Origin: a virus
Lineage: Duplodnaviria; Caudoviricetes
Virus record (IMG/VR): IMGVR_UViG_3300020048_000009
Location: 128,001-192,000 of that record
DNA length: 64,000 nucleotides
Reading direction: 5' to 3' (one strand)
Shown here: piece after piece, positions 37,746-47,518 of the stretch
Layout of the letters: the number at the start of each line of letters is the position of its first letter
How positions within the stretch are numbered: position 1 is the stretch's first letter
Made by a program: the position numbers and the translations under genes
The notes under the pieces: model-generated
What the model was told of the DNA's origin: nothing
What the model saw: only the letters and a program-made list of their open reading frames with translations
Databases searched by the model: none

Positions 37746-38033
37746 ATGGATAACGAAGTAATTGTATTAGATGGAAGCATTGTAAATATAGTAAGTGAAA
37801 AAACTATAGGACCAAATAAACTTAAATATTGTATTTTATTGTTACAAGTAAAAGGTTCAAAAAATAATATCATTCCTATAAATGTATATGGTATGAATGT
37901 AGATAAAGCGAAGTCATTAAAAATAGGTACTAATTGTAGTGTAAATACTACTATTTCAGCTAAAGGATATAAAGATAATTATTTTATTTCTTTAGACTTA
38001 GTAAGTTTAATGGTAAAAATGGATAGTAAGTAG
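37746..38033 (+). CDS. OB-fold/SSB-like (DUF3127-like) protein
   Basis: Beta-rich 95 aa with ISAKGYKDNYFISL; ends in TAG. Confidence 0.55.
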   Translation: MDNEVIVLDGSIVNIVSEKTIGPNKLKYCILLLQVKGSKNNIIPINVYGMNVDKAKSLKIGTNCSVNTTISAKGYKDNYFISLDLVSLMVKMDSK

Positions 38034-38075
38034 TATAATTGTATCTAGTATGGATACAATAGGAGTATTATAAGT

Positions 38076-39146
38076 ATGAATAAGTTAAATGAAGTTCTTT
38101 GGGAATTCACAAATAAGTGTAATAAAAACTGTGAATATTGTGGATCTAAAGATTTAATGAATAATGGAGCACAAGAGCTTACAATTGAGCAAAAACTTGA
38201 TGTATGTAAGCAGATTGTATCTATGGGTATTAATGAATTAACTTTTACAGGCGGTGAGCCTTCTGTAAAAAGTAATGATCTATATAAAGTAGTTCAATAT
38301 TTTAGAGATAATGCTCCAGGTATAAAGTTGAAGATTTTAACAAATGGTAATTTGTTTAAAGGCCATGATTTATATAGACATGGTGTAATTATAGATAATA
38401 TGACATCTATAGGCTTATCATTAAATACATTAGACGATATTTTAGAGTTAAGGAAATATAGGGATACTATCCCATACGAAAAAACAGCAGCTGTTATTAA
38501 TTTTGGTAAGCATAATATTGGAGATTTTGTAGAATTAATTAAAGCGGGTTTAAATTTTTGTGCTATACAGGTTCAATTAACAATGGGAAATGATCTCCAG
38601 TTAGATTTACCACAAATTAAAGTTCTTTTATCTTCTATACAAAAAGTAAATGAATCGGGTTTAGGAAAAATTTATATCGGTGATAATTTGAGTTATCACA
38701 CTTCATGTGTTGCAGGTAAAAGCGCTTGTAGTATAACTTTTGATGGAAAAGTTGTAGCATGTTTATCACATAGATGTTTTACTAAAATTAAATACCATGG
38801 AAATTTGTTAACAGATAAATTTTCAGACATTTGGAGTCTTTGTTTTAGAGAATATAGAAATAGAGATGCTGAACCTCTTTCTTGTAAAGATTGTACTAGA
38901 ATATGTAAACTAAAACAATCAACAGATACAATACCAGATACAACCACAACAATAACGTGGACACAAGAAGAATTAAAAACAGATTGGACAAAAGTAACAA
39001 TGCCAACTCTTATAACATATGGTGTTGGTGATTTTTCAAGAGATCAACATGTATATGTTTATGGTGTTATTAATCCCAATACGACTGGTTATTATGCGGG
39101 TAAATTAGATATGACATCTCATAATAACACAAATAATTTAAAATAA
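38076..39146 (+). CDS. Radical SAM/SPASM protein with extended C-terminal tail
   Basis: CNKNCEYC, TGGEP, CVAGKSACSITFDGKVVACLS, GNL, CKDC; AGGAG SD. Confidence 0.9.
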   Translation: MNKLNEVLWEFTNKCNKNCEYCGSKDLMNNGAQELTIEQKLDVCKQIVSMGINELTFTGGEPSVKSNDLYKVVQYFRDNAPGIKLKILTNGNLFKGHDLYRHGVIIDNMTSIGLSLNTLDDILELRKYRDTIPYEKTAAVINFGKHNIGDFVELIKAGLNFCAIQVQLTMGNDLQLDLPQIKVLLSSIQKVNESGLGKIYIGDNLSYHTSCVAGKSACSITFDGKVVACLSHRCFTKIKYHGNLLTDKFSDIWSLCFREYRNRDAEPLSCKDCTRICKLKQSTDTIPDTTTTITWTQEELKTDWTKVTMPTLITYGVGDFSRDQHVYVYGVINPNTTGYYAGKLDMTSHNNTNNLK

Positions 39147-39152
39147 AATTTT

Positions 39153-40205
39153 ATGATTAATAAATTAAAAGATATTAAAGAATCACTCTGTTATGATGAT
39201 GTTTTATTACTTCCTCGGTATAGTACAATAAAATCTAGATTTATTGACGTAGATCTTAGCGTTACATTAGATAAGAAAAGAGGTATAACTTTAAAACTAC
39301 CGATTATTTCTAGTCCAATGGATACAATTACTGAAGATAGAATGGCTATTGTGATGGCTGATGTGGGTGGATTGGGCATCATCCATAGATATAATACAAT
39401 AGAAAGACAAATTTTCTTGTTATCTACCGTATTATTTGATAATTCAGATAGAAATGTTGCATGTGCTATCGGTATAAGCGGTGATTATTTAGAACGAGCC
39501 GAAAGATTGGTTAAATCTGGATGTAGAATTTTATGTTTAGATGTTGCACATGGCCATTGTGAACAGATGAAGATTGCGTTACAAACACTTCGTCCGCTAT
39601 ATCCCGATATTCATTTAATGGCCGGTAATATTGCAACAAGTATTGGTGGATGTGAATTACAAGAATGGGGTGCTGATAGTATTCGTTGTGGTGTGGGTAG
39701 TGGAAGTATCTGTAGTACAAGAATTCAAACAGGTCATGGTCAGCAAGTTCTTCAGACAATTGTTGATTGTGCTGAACATGTTTCTGACGATTTACCATTA
39801 ATTGCCGATGGCGGAATTAAAAATTCTGGTGATATAGCTAAAGCTTTAGCAGGTGGAGCATCGTTTGCTATGATTGGTTCTCTATTTGCTGGAACGACTG
39901 AAACACCTGGTGAAATTATTTTAGATAAATCTGATAAGAAAAGAAAATTATATAGAGGAATGGCATCTAAAGAAGCACAATTAGAATGGCGAGGAAGAGC
40001 CGCTTCATTAGAAGGAGTTTCAACAACAGTTCCTTATAGGGGAACAGTATTAGAAATTCTAAATAATATAGATACTAATTTACGTTCATGTTTTTCTTAT
40101 TCAGGTGCACATAATATTAATGAATTTTGGGATCGGTCTATTTTTGTAAAACAAACGGCTGGTGGATATAACGAGAGCTTTACACATATTTTGAATAGGA
40201 ATTAA
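39153..40205 (+). CDS. IMP dehydrogenase/GMP reductase family (no CBS domains)
   Basis: [41 protein letters not shown]. Confidence 0.95.
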   Translation: MINKLKDIKESLCYDDVLLLPRYSTIKSRFIDVDLSVTLDKKRGITLKLPIISSPMDTITEDRMAIVMADVGGLGIIHRYNTIERQIFLLSTVLFDNSDRNVACAIGISGDYLERAERLVKSGCRILCLDVAHGHCEQMKIALQTLRPLYPDIHLMAGNIATSIGGCELQEWGADSIRCGVGSGSICSTRIQTGHGQQVLQTIVDCAEHVSDDLPLIADGGIKNSGDIAKALAGGASFAMIGSLFAGTTETPGEIILDKSDKKRKLYRGMASKEAQLEWRGRAASLEGVSTTVPYRGTVLEILNNIDTNLRSCFSYSGAHNINEFWDRSIFVKQTAGGYNESFTHILNRN

Positions 40206-40206
40206 G

Positions 40207-40965
40207 ATGACGGTTAATATAATAAGTGATTTACATGTAAATCCAAATTATGGTATTTATGATAGATTTGATCCGACTAAATTAAAAAATGCAGATGTTA
40301 TTGCCATTGCTGGTGATATTTATACTGTTGGTGGGAATGGTGTATTTGAAAGGTATATAAAACGCTTTTCTGAAGATTTTGTTGCTGCTGATGGATCTAA
40401 AAAATTTAAGCATTTAATATGTGTTAAAGGCAATCATGATTATTATACATATGATTTTAATGATTTATCATGTATAAAACAAGATGTAGACCATAGAAAT
40501 ACTATTACAACAATTGATAATGTTTCTTTTTTATCAACGACTCTTTGGACAAATATAACAAAAAATATATTAATGCTTCAACAGTTTTTCCCTGATTATA
40601 GAATGATTCCATATTTTCTTGTAAATGATAGTAATAGATTATTTGTAGAAAATCTTGAATGGTTGGAAGAAAACGCTAAAAAGGAAAAAGAAAAAGGTAA
40701 TAAAGTTGTTATCTTAACTCATCATGTACCTCATAAAAAATTATCAAATATATCATATAAAGATAGTAACGCTAATGAACGTTTTACTGTTATGGCTAGA
40801 GATTTTTATAAAAGATGTACTGCAATTAAAGCTAAATATTGGATTCATGGACATTCACATGATTATATGAATAAAAAAATAGGAACTACCACTTTTATTA
40901 GAAATCCGTTTGGATATGTATTAGAACAAACAGGCTTTAAATATGATTGTGTTATAAAGGTTTAA
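40207..40965 (+). CDS. Metallophosphoesterase
   Basis: ISDLH, IAGDI, GNHDYY, THHVP, HGHSH, RNPFGY. Confidence 0.9.
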   Translation: MTVNIISDLHVNPNYGIYDRFDPTKLKNADVIAIAGDIYTVGGNGVFERYIKRFSEDFVAADGSKKFKHLICVKGNHDYYTYDFNDLSCIKQDVDHRNTITTIDNVSFLSTTLWTNITKNILMLQQFFPDYRMIPYFLVNDSNRLFVENLEWLEENAKKEKEKGNKVVILTHHVPHKKLSNISYKDSNANERFTVMARDFYKRCTAIKAKYWIHGHSHDYMNKKIGTTTFIRNPFGYVLEQTGFKYDCVIKV

Positions 40966-40966
40966 A

Positions 40967-41410
40967 ATGTTAAAAAGAATAAAGAATAAAATAGTTGAAA
41001 TATATTGGAAAATTTATAGAAGATTTTTTGATAGATATGATTTGATTAAAGCTGATACTTTAAGTAAAACGGAATATTATGATACCGATACTCGAATATT
41101 ACATTGTGTAATGCAAAGTATTATAGATTTTTATGATATTGAAATGACTGAATATGAGAAAAATGAATATCTAGAATTTTTAAAAGGTAATAAAACAACA
41201 CTAGAGAAAGATCATATACATTTCATTAAAGCTATTAGATCAATATATATATGGTGGAAAAACTACCCTAATAGAGAAGAAGAAATTTCAAAACTATATG
41301 AAAATAATGCTCCCTATAAAATTATTAGAAAAAAGGAAGCAGACTTACTTAAAGAAGAACAGACTGAATTAATGTCTGCTATTGCTATACGACCAAAACT
41401 TTGGTCGTAA
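40967..41410 (+). CDS. Hypothetical protein
   Basis: Operon packing. Confidence 0.55.
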   Translation: MLKRIKNKIVEIYWKIYRRFFDRYDLIKADTLSKTEYYDTDTRILHCVMQSIIDFYDIEMTEYEKNEYLEFLKGNKTTLEKDHIHFIKAIRSIYIWWKNYPNREEEISKLYENNAPYKIIRKKEADLLKEEQTELMSAIAIRPKLWS

Positions 41411-41478
41411 CTCTTAAAAAAAATAAAAAATAATTCAATAAATAATATAAAATCAAAATTTTATATTATTTTTTATTT

Positions 41479-41781
41479 ATGAAACTATTAAAACTCTTTC
41501 CATTAGTCTTAGAAGCAGTAAAAGACTCCGATTATACGCAATTAACACTGGATTTAAAAAAACCAGAACCGAAATATAATAAATATGCCGGATATAAGGG
41601 TGGGATAGTTAAAATTGAAAAAATTGAAAATTCTGATAAATGGCGGGTTGTTGAACGAAAAGCCGGAATGAAACCATATGCATTGGAACGTTTGGGTTTT
41701 CATGATAAAAATACAATGCAGGTCATATTGGATAAATGGGCCAAAAAGAATGGAAGAAACCCCCTTCCTATTAAAGGATAA
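41479..41781 (+). CDS. Hypothetical protein, candidate internal head protein
   Basis: CAATAAATAA upstream; leader MKLLKLFPLVLE. Confidence 0.55.
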   Translation: MKLLKLFPLVLEAVKDSDYTQLTLDLKKPEPKYNKYAGYKGGIVKIEKIENSDKWRVVERKAGMKPYALERLGFHDKNTMQVILDKWAKKNGRNPLPIKG

Positions 41782-41784
41782 ATA

Positions 41785-43182
41785 ATGAAATATTATAACA
41801 TACACATTTGTGAAGCGTATAATCAAATAATCTTAGAAGATATTTCTAATAAGATATTGATACAATCTCAAAAAATATGGAATACTATACCCGAAGAAGA
41901 AGTAAAAACAATTTTGGAAAACTTTTTACTCAATATTAGACATAAAGTAAAAACTCCTGATAATGATATAAACTTTTGGTTTAAAAAGCCTTTTAGTGAA
42001 TTTAAAAATTTCGTAGAAAATTATAAATCATTAACACAGAGAAAAAAAGAACAAAAGTCTATTACTAAAATAACAAAAGATGGAAAAGGTATTGGTATTA
42101 TTCAGAATGATGAATATGAACTTTGGAAAGTAGATTCATACAAAGCAGCTAAAGAATTAGGAAGATTTTATAAGGGTTATTCTACCAGTTGGTGTATAAG
42201 CACTGATAATGAGGAATTTTGGAATAATTATTATTATGGTATAGAAAATGAAGAGTATGATTCTGACAATGATAGCGATGATGATGAATGGTCAGAACTA
42301 CCACATCGAATTTATTTTCTAATTAGAAAAAATAGAAAAAATGATGATTATGATAAAATTGCCATTTTAATACATGAACGTAGTGAATACTTAAGCTTTT
42401 GGACGGTTTCTGATGAAAATGTAGAAATTTCAGATATTTATAAAGTATTAGATATTGACTTTTTTAAACCATATATAAAATATTATCCATATGATCAGAA
42501 CTCTAAAGAATATATTAAATATAAATTAGGAAAAGATTTCATTAATGCGTGTGGTCATAGCGGTAGATACGGTGATATATCTAGAATTAAAAAATTTGTA
42601 GATAATGGTGTTGATCTTAAATCACATGGCGAGAGTGCATTAATGAAAGCGTTAAAAAATAAAATAATACCTACAAGTAAATACCTTATAGAATTAGGAA
42701 TACCTATTACTAAAGATAATTATGGTAATATACTATATTATGGTAGTAAAACTAATAATTTTGAATTAATAAAAATTATTATAGAAAAATGTATTGAACA
42801 GGGGTTTGACGTAAATTATGATAGTATGTTAGTATGGCTTTATCGTACTACAACAAATATAGATACAAATATAATAAAATATCTATTAAGCCACGGGGCA
42901 GATATTCATCACAATGATAATCAAATAATAAAACGTTTAGTATATAATTTTTATGATAAAGATTATGGTGATATATTTAAGTTTTTAATAGATAATAAAC
43001 ATATTACTAAAGAAGAATTATTAAAAATTGCAGTTAACAGTAATCATTTTAGATCAACAAAATATTTTATAGATATTGGTGCAGATATTAATACTATTAC
43101 TGATGAGGATTTTATCACAAACACTGTGCTAAAAAATACAAGACCTGAAATAATTAATTTATTTAAAAATAGAACGAAATAA
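41785..43182 (+). CDS. Ankyrin-repeat protein with 'WCIS' domain, paralog of 2415..3863
   Basis: Similar N-terminus; LLSHGADIH, FIDIGADIN repeats. Confidence 0.75.
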   Translation: MKYYNIHICEAYNQIILEDISNKILIQSQKIWNTIPEEEVKTILENFLLNIRHKVKTPDNDINFWFKKPFSEFKNFVENYKSLTQRKKEQKSITKITKDGKGIGIIQNDEYELWKVDSYKAAKELGRFYKGYSTSWCISTDNEEFWNNYYYGIENEEYDSDNDSDDDEWSELPHRIYFLIRKNRKNDDYDKIAILIHERSEYLSFWTVSDENVEISDIYKVLDIDFFKPYIKYYPYDQNSKEYIKYKLGKDFINACGHSGRYGDISRIKKFVDNGVDLKSHGESALMKALKNKIIPTSKYLIELGIPITKDNYGNILYYGSKTNNFELIKIIIEKCIEQGFDVNYDSMLVWLYRTTTNIDTNIIKYLLSHGADIHHNDNQIIKRLVYNFYDKDYGDIFKFLIDNKHITKEELLKIAVNSNHFRSTKYFIDIGADINTITDEDFITNTVLKNTRPEIINLFKNRTK

Positions 43183-43196
43183 GAAAGAAAATATAA

Positions 43197-44240
43197 ATGA
43201 AAGATTATAATGATATAGTATATAAAGCATATCAATTAGTACTTGAAAGTACTAGAGGTTCTGCTGATATAAATATTCCTAGACCAAATAGACTTAAAAC
43301 ACCACCTAATAATTATGGCAGTTCAGGGCAAAATGCTCGTGAGTATGGTATGTATATTCAAGACCAAGCTGAAGAAGTCTATCAAGATAAATATGGTAGA
43401 GAAAAAGGTACCAAAGCATGGGAAGGTATCATTAGTGTTGGAAATGCAATGTTTAAAGCATGTGATCAAATTTTAGGTGAAAAACGTACAATGACTGATA
43501 TAGTTGGTGATTTTATGCGAGATCAAGTTGATAATATGATTACCGATGAAATATGGCGCAAAGCTACTGATTCTTACATTTGTTTATGGTGTGCCTGGAT
43601 TTTATTACAAAAAACTAAAGGAACCAATTATACACAAGACTTTTTATCAGAATGCATCCCAACTTTTAAAAGTGTACTATCATATCTACCAGGTTTCTTA
43701 GAACCATTTTTACTTAAAGCAGAAATAGATATTAATAATTTTGCATTAAGTAAAAAAGTTCAAACTGCTGTTGATTTAAAAGAAAAAGTTAGACAGCAAC
43801 TAGCAGCATTAGACGCAGTAGAACAGCAACAAAAACAAACAGCAGCGACTAATACCAAAACAATGATAGATACGTTTGTTAATGCATTACCAAATGCTGC
43901 AGCTATTAAAGCAAATACAAAATATAATAACTATATATACGATCGGATTAGTATATTAATAGATTCTAAGGCATTAACTAAATTAATTAAATATGAATTT
44001 AATGGTCAAAAAGATAATGATAGAATAGTTAATATGCTTAGAAAATCATTACGAGACGAATATAAAAATGAAGCAGATGTTATGCCATGGATGATTGATA
44101 TATCAAAAGCTAGAAATTTTGCTGATAATATGAATGCCGCTATTACTGATGAAGGTAAAAGAAATGCTCGTAAAAAAGCCGCAGAAGATTTAGGTGTAAA
44201 ATATATTGCCGATCGTTTTACAAATGCGGTACCCGAATAA
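43197..44240 (+). CDS. Hypothetical protein, candidate internal head protein
   Basis: Leader ending KAYQLVLE. Confidence 0.6.
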   Translation: MKDYNDIVYKAYQLVLESTRGSADINIPRPNRLKTPPNNYGSSGQNAREYGMYIQDQAEEVYQDKYGREKGTKAWEGIISVGNAMFKACDQILGEKRTMTDIVGDFMRDQVDNMITDEIWRKATDSYICLWCAWILLQKTKGTNYTQDFLSECIPTFKSVLSYLPGFLEPFLLKAEIDINNFALSKKVQTAVDLKEKVRQQLAALDAVEQQQKQTAATNTKTMIDTFVNALPNAAAIKANTKYNNYIYDRISILIDSKALTKLIKYEFNGQKDNDRIVNMLRKSLRDEYKNEADVMPWMIDISKARNFADNMNAAITDEGKRNARKKAAEDLGVKYIADRFTNAVPE

Positions 44241-44295
44241 AAGAAAGTATTTTATTTACGTTATTAATAAGCATTTATACGTATAATTTGATTAT

Positions 44296-45936
44296 ATGTC
44301 AAATGAACAACTGTCCAAATTAGATCAATGTTTAGCTTATTTTAATAGTAACAATCTAACACCCAGAATTAACCAAAGGGAATGTTTAGATTTTTTATTA
44401 AAAAATGATGATAAAGAATTTTTTATATTAAACCTTCCGACAGGAACGGGCAAAAGCTTTATACCATTATCACTTGGTGAAATTCATAAAAAAATATTAA
44501 TCGTTACTTCTACAAACCAATTAATAGAACAATATCTTAAATTGGATAAAAATGTTGTAGAAATAAAAGGCGCAGGTAACTATAAATGCGCAAAAGAAGA
44601 CTTCCTTACATGTGCTGAAGGTCCATGTAAAAATAACATGGCATTACGTCAAAGCTGTATTATTAATTCATGCTGTCCACATATAAACCAATTAGACGCA
44701 TTTAAAAATGCTAAAAAAGGTTTAACAAATTATTCTTTTGTTTTAAGTAGTATTTTATATGGTATATTTTCTGAAGAAAATAGAGAGTTTAAATATGATT
44801 GGGTTATATTTGATGAAGGTCATAATATAGAACAACATATGATTGACTTCGCAACCATAAAAATCGATTATAATTATCTAATAGAAAATCAGATAATTCC
44901 CTATGACGATTATATCATTAAAAACAAACAAGAAATTACATGGGTAGATATTATTAATTCTTGTAAATTTATTCAATCTAAAATAGCATATAGATTAGAA
45001 GTAATAAACTTTAGATTAGATGAATTGAAAAAATCTAAAAAAACGCTTAAAATCAAAAAGGAAATTAAAAAGTCTTTAGAAGAAAAATCTTTCTTGGATA
45101 AGATATTAACACCCTTCTTATTATTTCTATCACATTCAAATGAAAATAATTGGATATATGAACCCAATTCTTCTGATAATACTTTTAAATTGACACCTAT
45201 TAATGCTGGATTTATCTTTAATTCGTATTTAAAAACTATTGGTAAGAAGTTTATCTTTATGTCAGCCACAATCGGCGACCAGGACGTGTTTAAACGCATC
45301 TTGGAGCTAGAGCCAAGTAAAACTACTTACTTCGAATGCGACTCACCATTCCCCGCTAAAGCAAGCCCTGTGGTCGTTCTACCGAAACTCAATTTATCAT
45401 ATACTGCTATTGATAATTCTCTAGAAAAATGTTTACAATATGTTGAAGCTATTTCATCTAAGCATAAAGAGGGTGGAATTATCCATACTGCTAATTATAA
45501 GATTGCAACATATATCTATAATAATTGCAATCCGACATTAAAAAATAGATTAGTATGTAAAGAAAAGTACAAAAACGTAAATAACTCTAGATTAGTAGAA
45601 ATACATGAAGAAAATATTAGAGGCGGTCTTAATTCTATCCTATTATCACCGTCTATGATTGAAGGATTGGATCTTATAGATGATTTAAGTAGATGGCAGA
45701 TTATAATTAAGTTACCTTTTGCTAGTTTGGGTGATGGAAGAGTCAATTATCTAGCCAATAAATTTAAAGAATGGTATGTTGATGATGTTGTTAAAAAAAT
45801 CATTCAGGCTTGTGGCAGAAGTACTAGAACTGAAAATGACTGGTCTATAACATATATTTTAGATAAAACCGCTCCAGCTATATTTGAACAAATTAAATTG
45901 CCTATATGGTTTAAAAATAGACTTATTTTTAAATAG
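44296..45936 (+). CDS. DinG/XPD-family SF2 helicase
   Basis: LPTGTGKS, Cys cluster, IFDEGHN, MSAT, EGLD, QACGRSTR; ends in TAG. Confidence 0.9.
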   Translation: MSNEQLSKLDQCLAYFNSNNLTPRINQRECLDFLLKNDDKEFFILNLPTGTGKSFIPLSLGEIHKKILIVTSTNQLIEQYLKLDKNVVEIKGAGNYKCAKEDFLTCAEGPCKNNMALRQSCIINSCCPHINQLDAFKNAKKGLTNYSFVLSSILYGIFSEENREFKYDWVIFDEGHNIEQHMIDFATIKIDYNYLIENQIIPYDDYIIKNKQEITWVDIINSCKFIQSKIAYRLEVINFRLDELKKSKKTLKIKKEIKKSLEEKSFLDKILTPFLLFLSHSNENNWIYEPNSSDNTFKLTPINAGFIFNSYLKTIGKKFIFMSATIGDQDVFKRILELEPSKTTYFECDSPFPAKASPVVVLPKLNLSYTAIDNSLEKCLQYVEAISSKHKEGGIIHTANYKIATYIYNNCNPTLKNRLVCKEKYKNVNNSRLVEIHEENIRGGLNSILLSPSMIEGLDLIDDLSRWQIIIKLPFASLGDGRVNYLANKFKEWYVDDVVKKIIQACGRSTRTENDWSITYILDKTAPAIFEQIKLPIWFKNRLIFK

Positions 45937-45997
45937 GTCTATTCATATATAAATTTATTTTTAATAAATAAAATAAATAACTTTTATTAAAAATAAT

Positions 45998-46336
45998 ATG
46001 AAAACAAAAGAATCCAAAGTTCAATATATAAAGAAAATAATAGATTTACAACCAGAACATCCTGGTAGTATTAGTTCACAAGAACACAAAACTAAAGCCG
46101 GAAAGTTGAAAACATATTATTTATGGCAAACTTCTGTTAACGGTGAAAAAGTGTCTGTTCGTTTATCAAAACCTAATGATATTTCAGAAATTAGGGATTA
46201 TATGGATAAACTAAAACATAAAGAAAAAGCCCATAGTCGTAGTGTCTTAAAAATGGTTGATACCTTTAAAGGTGCAATTTCAGAATTAGGTGCTGGAAAA
46301 CGTGGAAATATCCAAAATTTAAAAGGTAAGAAATAA
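45998..46336 (+). CDS. Basic hypothetical protein (late-motif preceded)
   Basis: TAATAAATAAAA at 45962-45973. Confidence 0.55.
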   Translation: MKTKESKVQYIKKIIDLQPEHPGSISSQEHKTKAGKLKTYYLWQTSVNGEKVSVRLSKPNDISEIRDYMDKLKHKEKAHSRSVLKMVDTFKGAISELGAGKRGNIQNLKGKK

Positions 46337-46337
46337 C

Positions 46338-46952
46338 ATGAAAATAGATAAAAAACAGTGGCAGCAAAAGATATATGAAAGTTTCTTATTGAATGAATTA
46401 GCAGCAAACGAAAATCAAGCAGTTAGAGACCTAAGAAAAGAACTAAAGCTTGATGATAAGTGGGAATCGTCATATGAACTAAATAACAACAATAATAACA
46501 TTATTGTTAAATTTACAAGTAATGATAAAACCTTGGAATTTAAATTTATTCCGTCTGCTGGAAAAGACTGTGGCTATCAAATAAAGATTAATGATGAAAT
46601 TATAAAAACTTCAATAGAAACAGATCCTATAAAAAATATCTGTAATTTTATTTATGAGGATAGAGTTTTTAGAAACGTATTAATTAAAGCTAAAGAGAAA
46701 CTACTTGCTCGTGAAAAAGAACAAGAATTAGATGCTCAAAAGGATGTGTCTGCTGATGATAATGTTGATAAGAAATTAGATCAAGCAATTCCGCCGGCTG
46801 AACCCAAGGCTGAACCTTCTGGAGAACCATCGGGAGAACCATCGGGAGAACCAACAGATGAACCCACTGGAGATGAAGAAGCCAATCAGGAAAAAGCTCC
46901 ACCAGAAACAGATGAAGAGAAAAAGAAACGTACAACAAGCGTAAAACTTTAA
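46338..46952 (+). CDS. Hypothetical protein with acidic PSGE-repeat tail, candidate internal head protein
   Basis: Leader YESFLLNE; EPSGEPSGEPSGEPTDEPTGD. Confidence 0.6.
   Translation: MKIDKKQWQQKIYESFLLNELAANENQAVRDLRKELKLDDKWESSYELNNNNNNIIVKFTSNDKTLEFKFIPSAGKDCGYQIKINDEIIKTSIETDPIKNICNFIYEDRVFRNVLIKAKEKLLAREKEQELDAQKDVSADDNVDKKLDQAIPPAEPKAEPSGEPSGEPSGEPTDEPTGDEEANQEKAPPETDEEKKKRTTSVKL
46800..46872 (+). repeat. 12-bp coding tandem repeat (GAACCATCGGGA-like) giving EP(S/T)(G/D) units
   Basis: Read directly from DNA and protein. Confidence 0.75.
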
Positions 46953-47518
46953 TCTTTTAAAATAAACTGTTTAATAGAATCCCGGATTTTATCTGGGATT
47001 TTTCTTTCTATATAATCAATGTTATCAAATTGATAGTTGTCATATTTTTGATTATATCGACTTAAAACAAAAGAAGGATAGATGGTGATAAACATATAAC
47101 AAATATCACTCAAATTAAGCTTTTTATGTTTTATAAAAACGACATTATTATATGATGATTTTTTGAAATTGATTTTAAAAAACTTATCAAATATTTGATT
47201 TATTTTTATTTCGTTATATACAATATCAGGTTCATCTATTGTATATTTAGATGTTAATTCTATATTATCAGTATTCGTATTAGTATAATGGTGCTCGGGA
47301 TAACATGTATCAATAATATAAAATTTATACTCTGAATTATAATGAGATATAATATCTAAAATAATTTTATCTACAGCTTTTAATATATCATTAGCTTTTA
47401 CTTTTTCTGTAAATATGTATTTACCATTTTCATATATGAATGCATTATTCTTTTCGTCAAAATAATTTTTGACGAAAATATTATATATGTCCTGATATGG
47501 TATTAAAATTATCTTCAT
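46949..47518 (-). CDS. Hypothetical protein
   Basis: Abuts the 5'-3' exonuclease gene. Confidence 0.55.
   Translation of the reverse strand: MKIILIPYQDIYNIFVKNYFDEKNNAFIYENGKYIFTEKVKANDILKAVDKIILDIISHYNSEYKFYIIDTCYPEHHYTNTNTDNIELTSKYTIDEPDIVYNEIKINQIFDKFFKINFKKSSYNNVVFIKHKKLNLSDICYMFITIYPSFVLSRYNQKYDNYQFDNIDYIERKIPDKIRDSIKQFILKD

Noticed and set aside
46800-46872. Possible CRISPR-like or other non-coding repeat array
   Set aside because: It is a 12-bp in-frame coding repeat without spacers; no CRISPR array was seen anywhere in the window.
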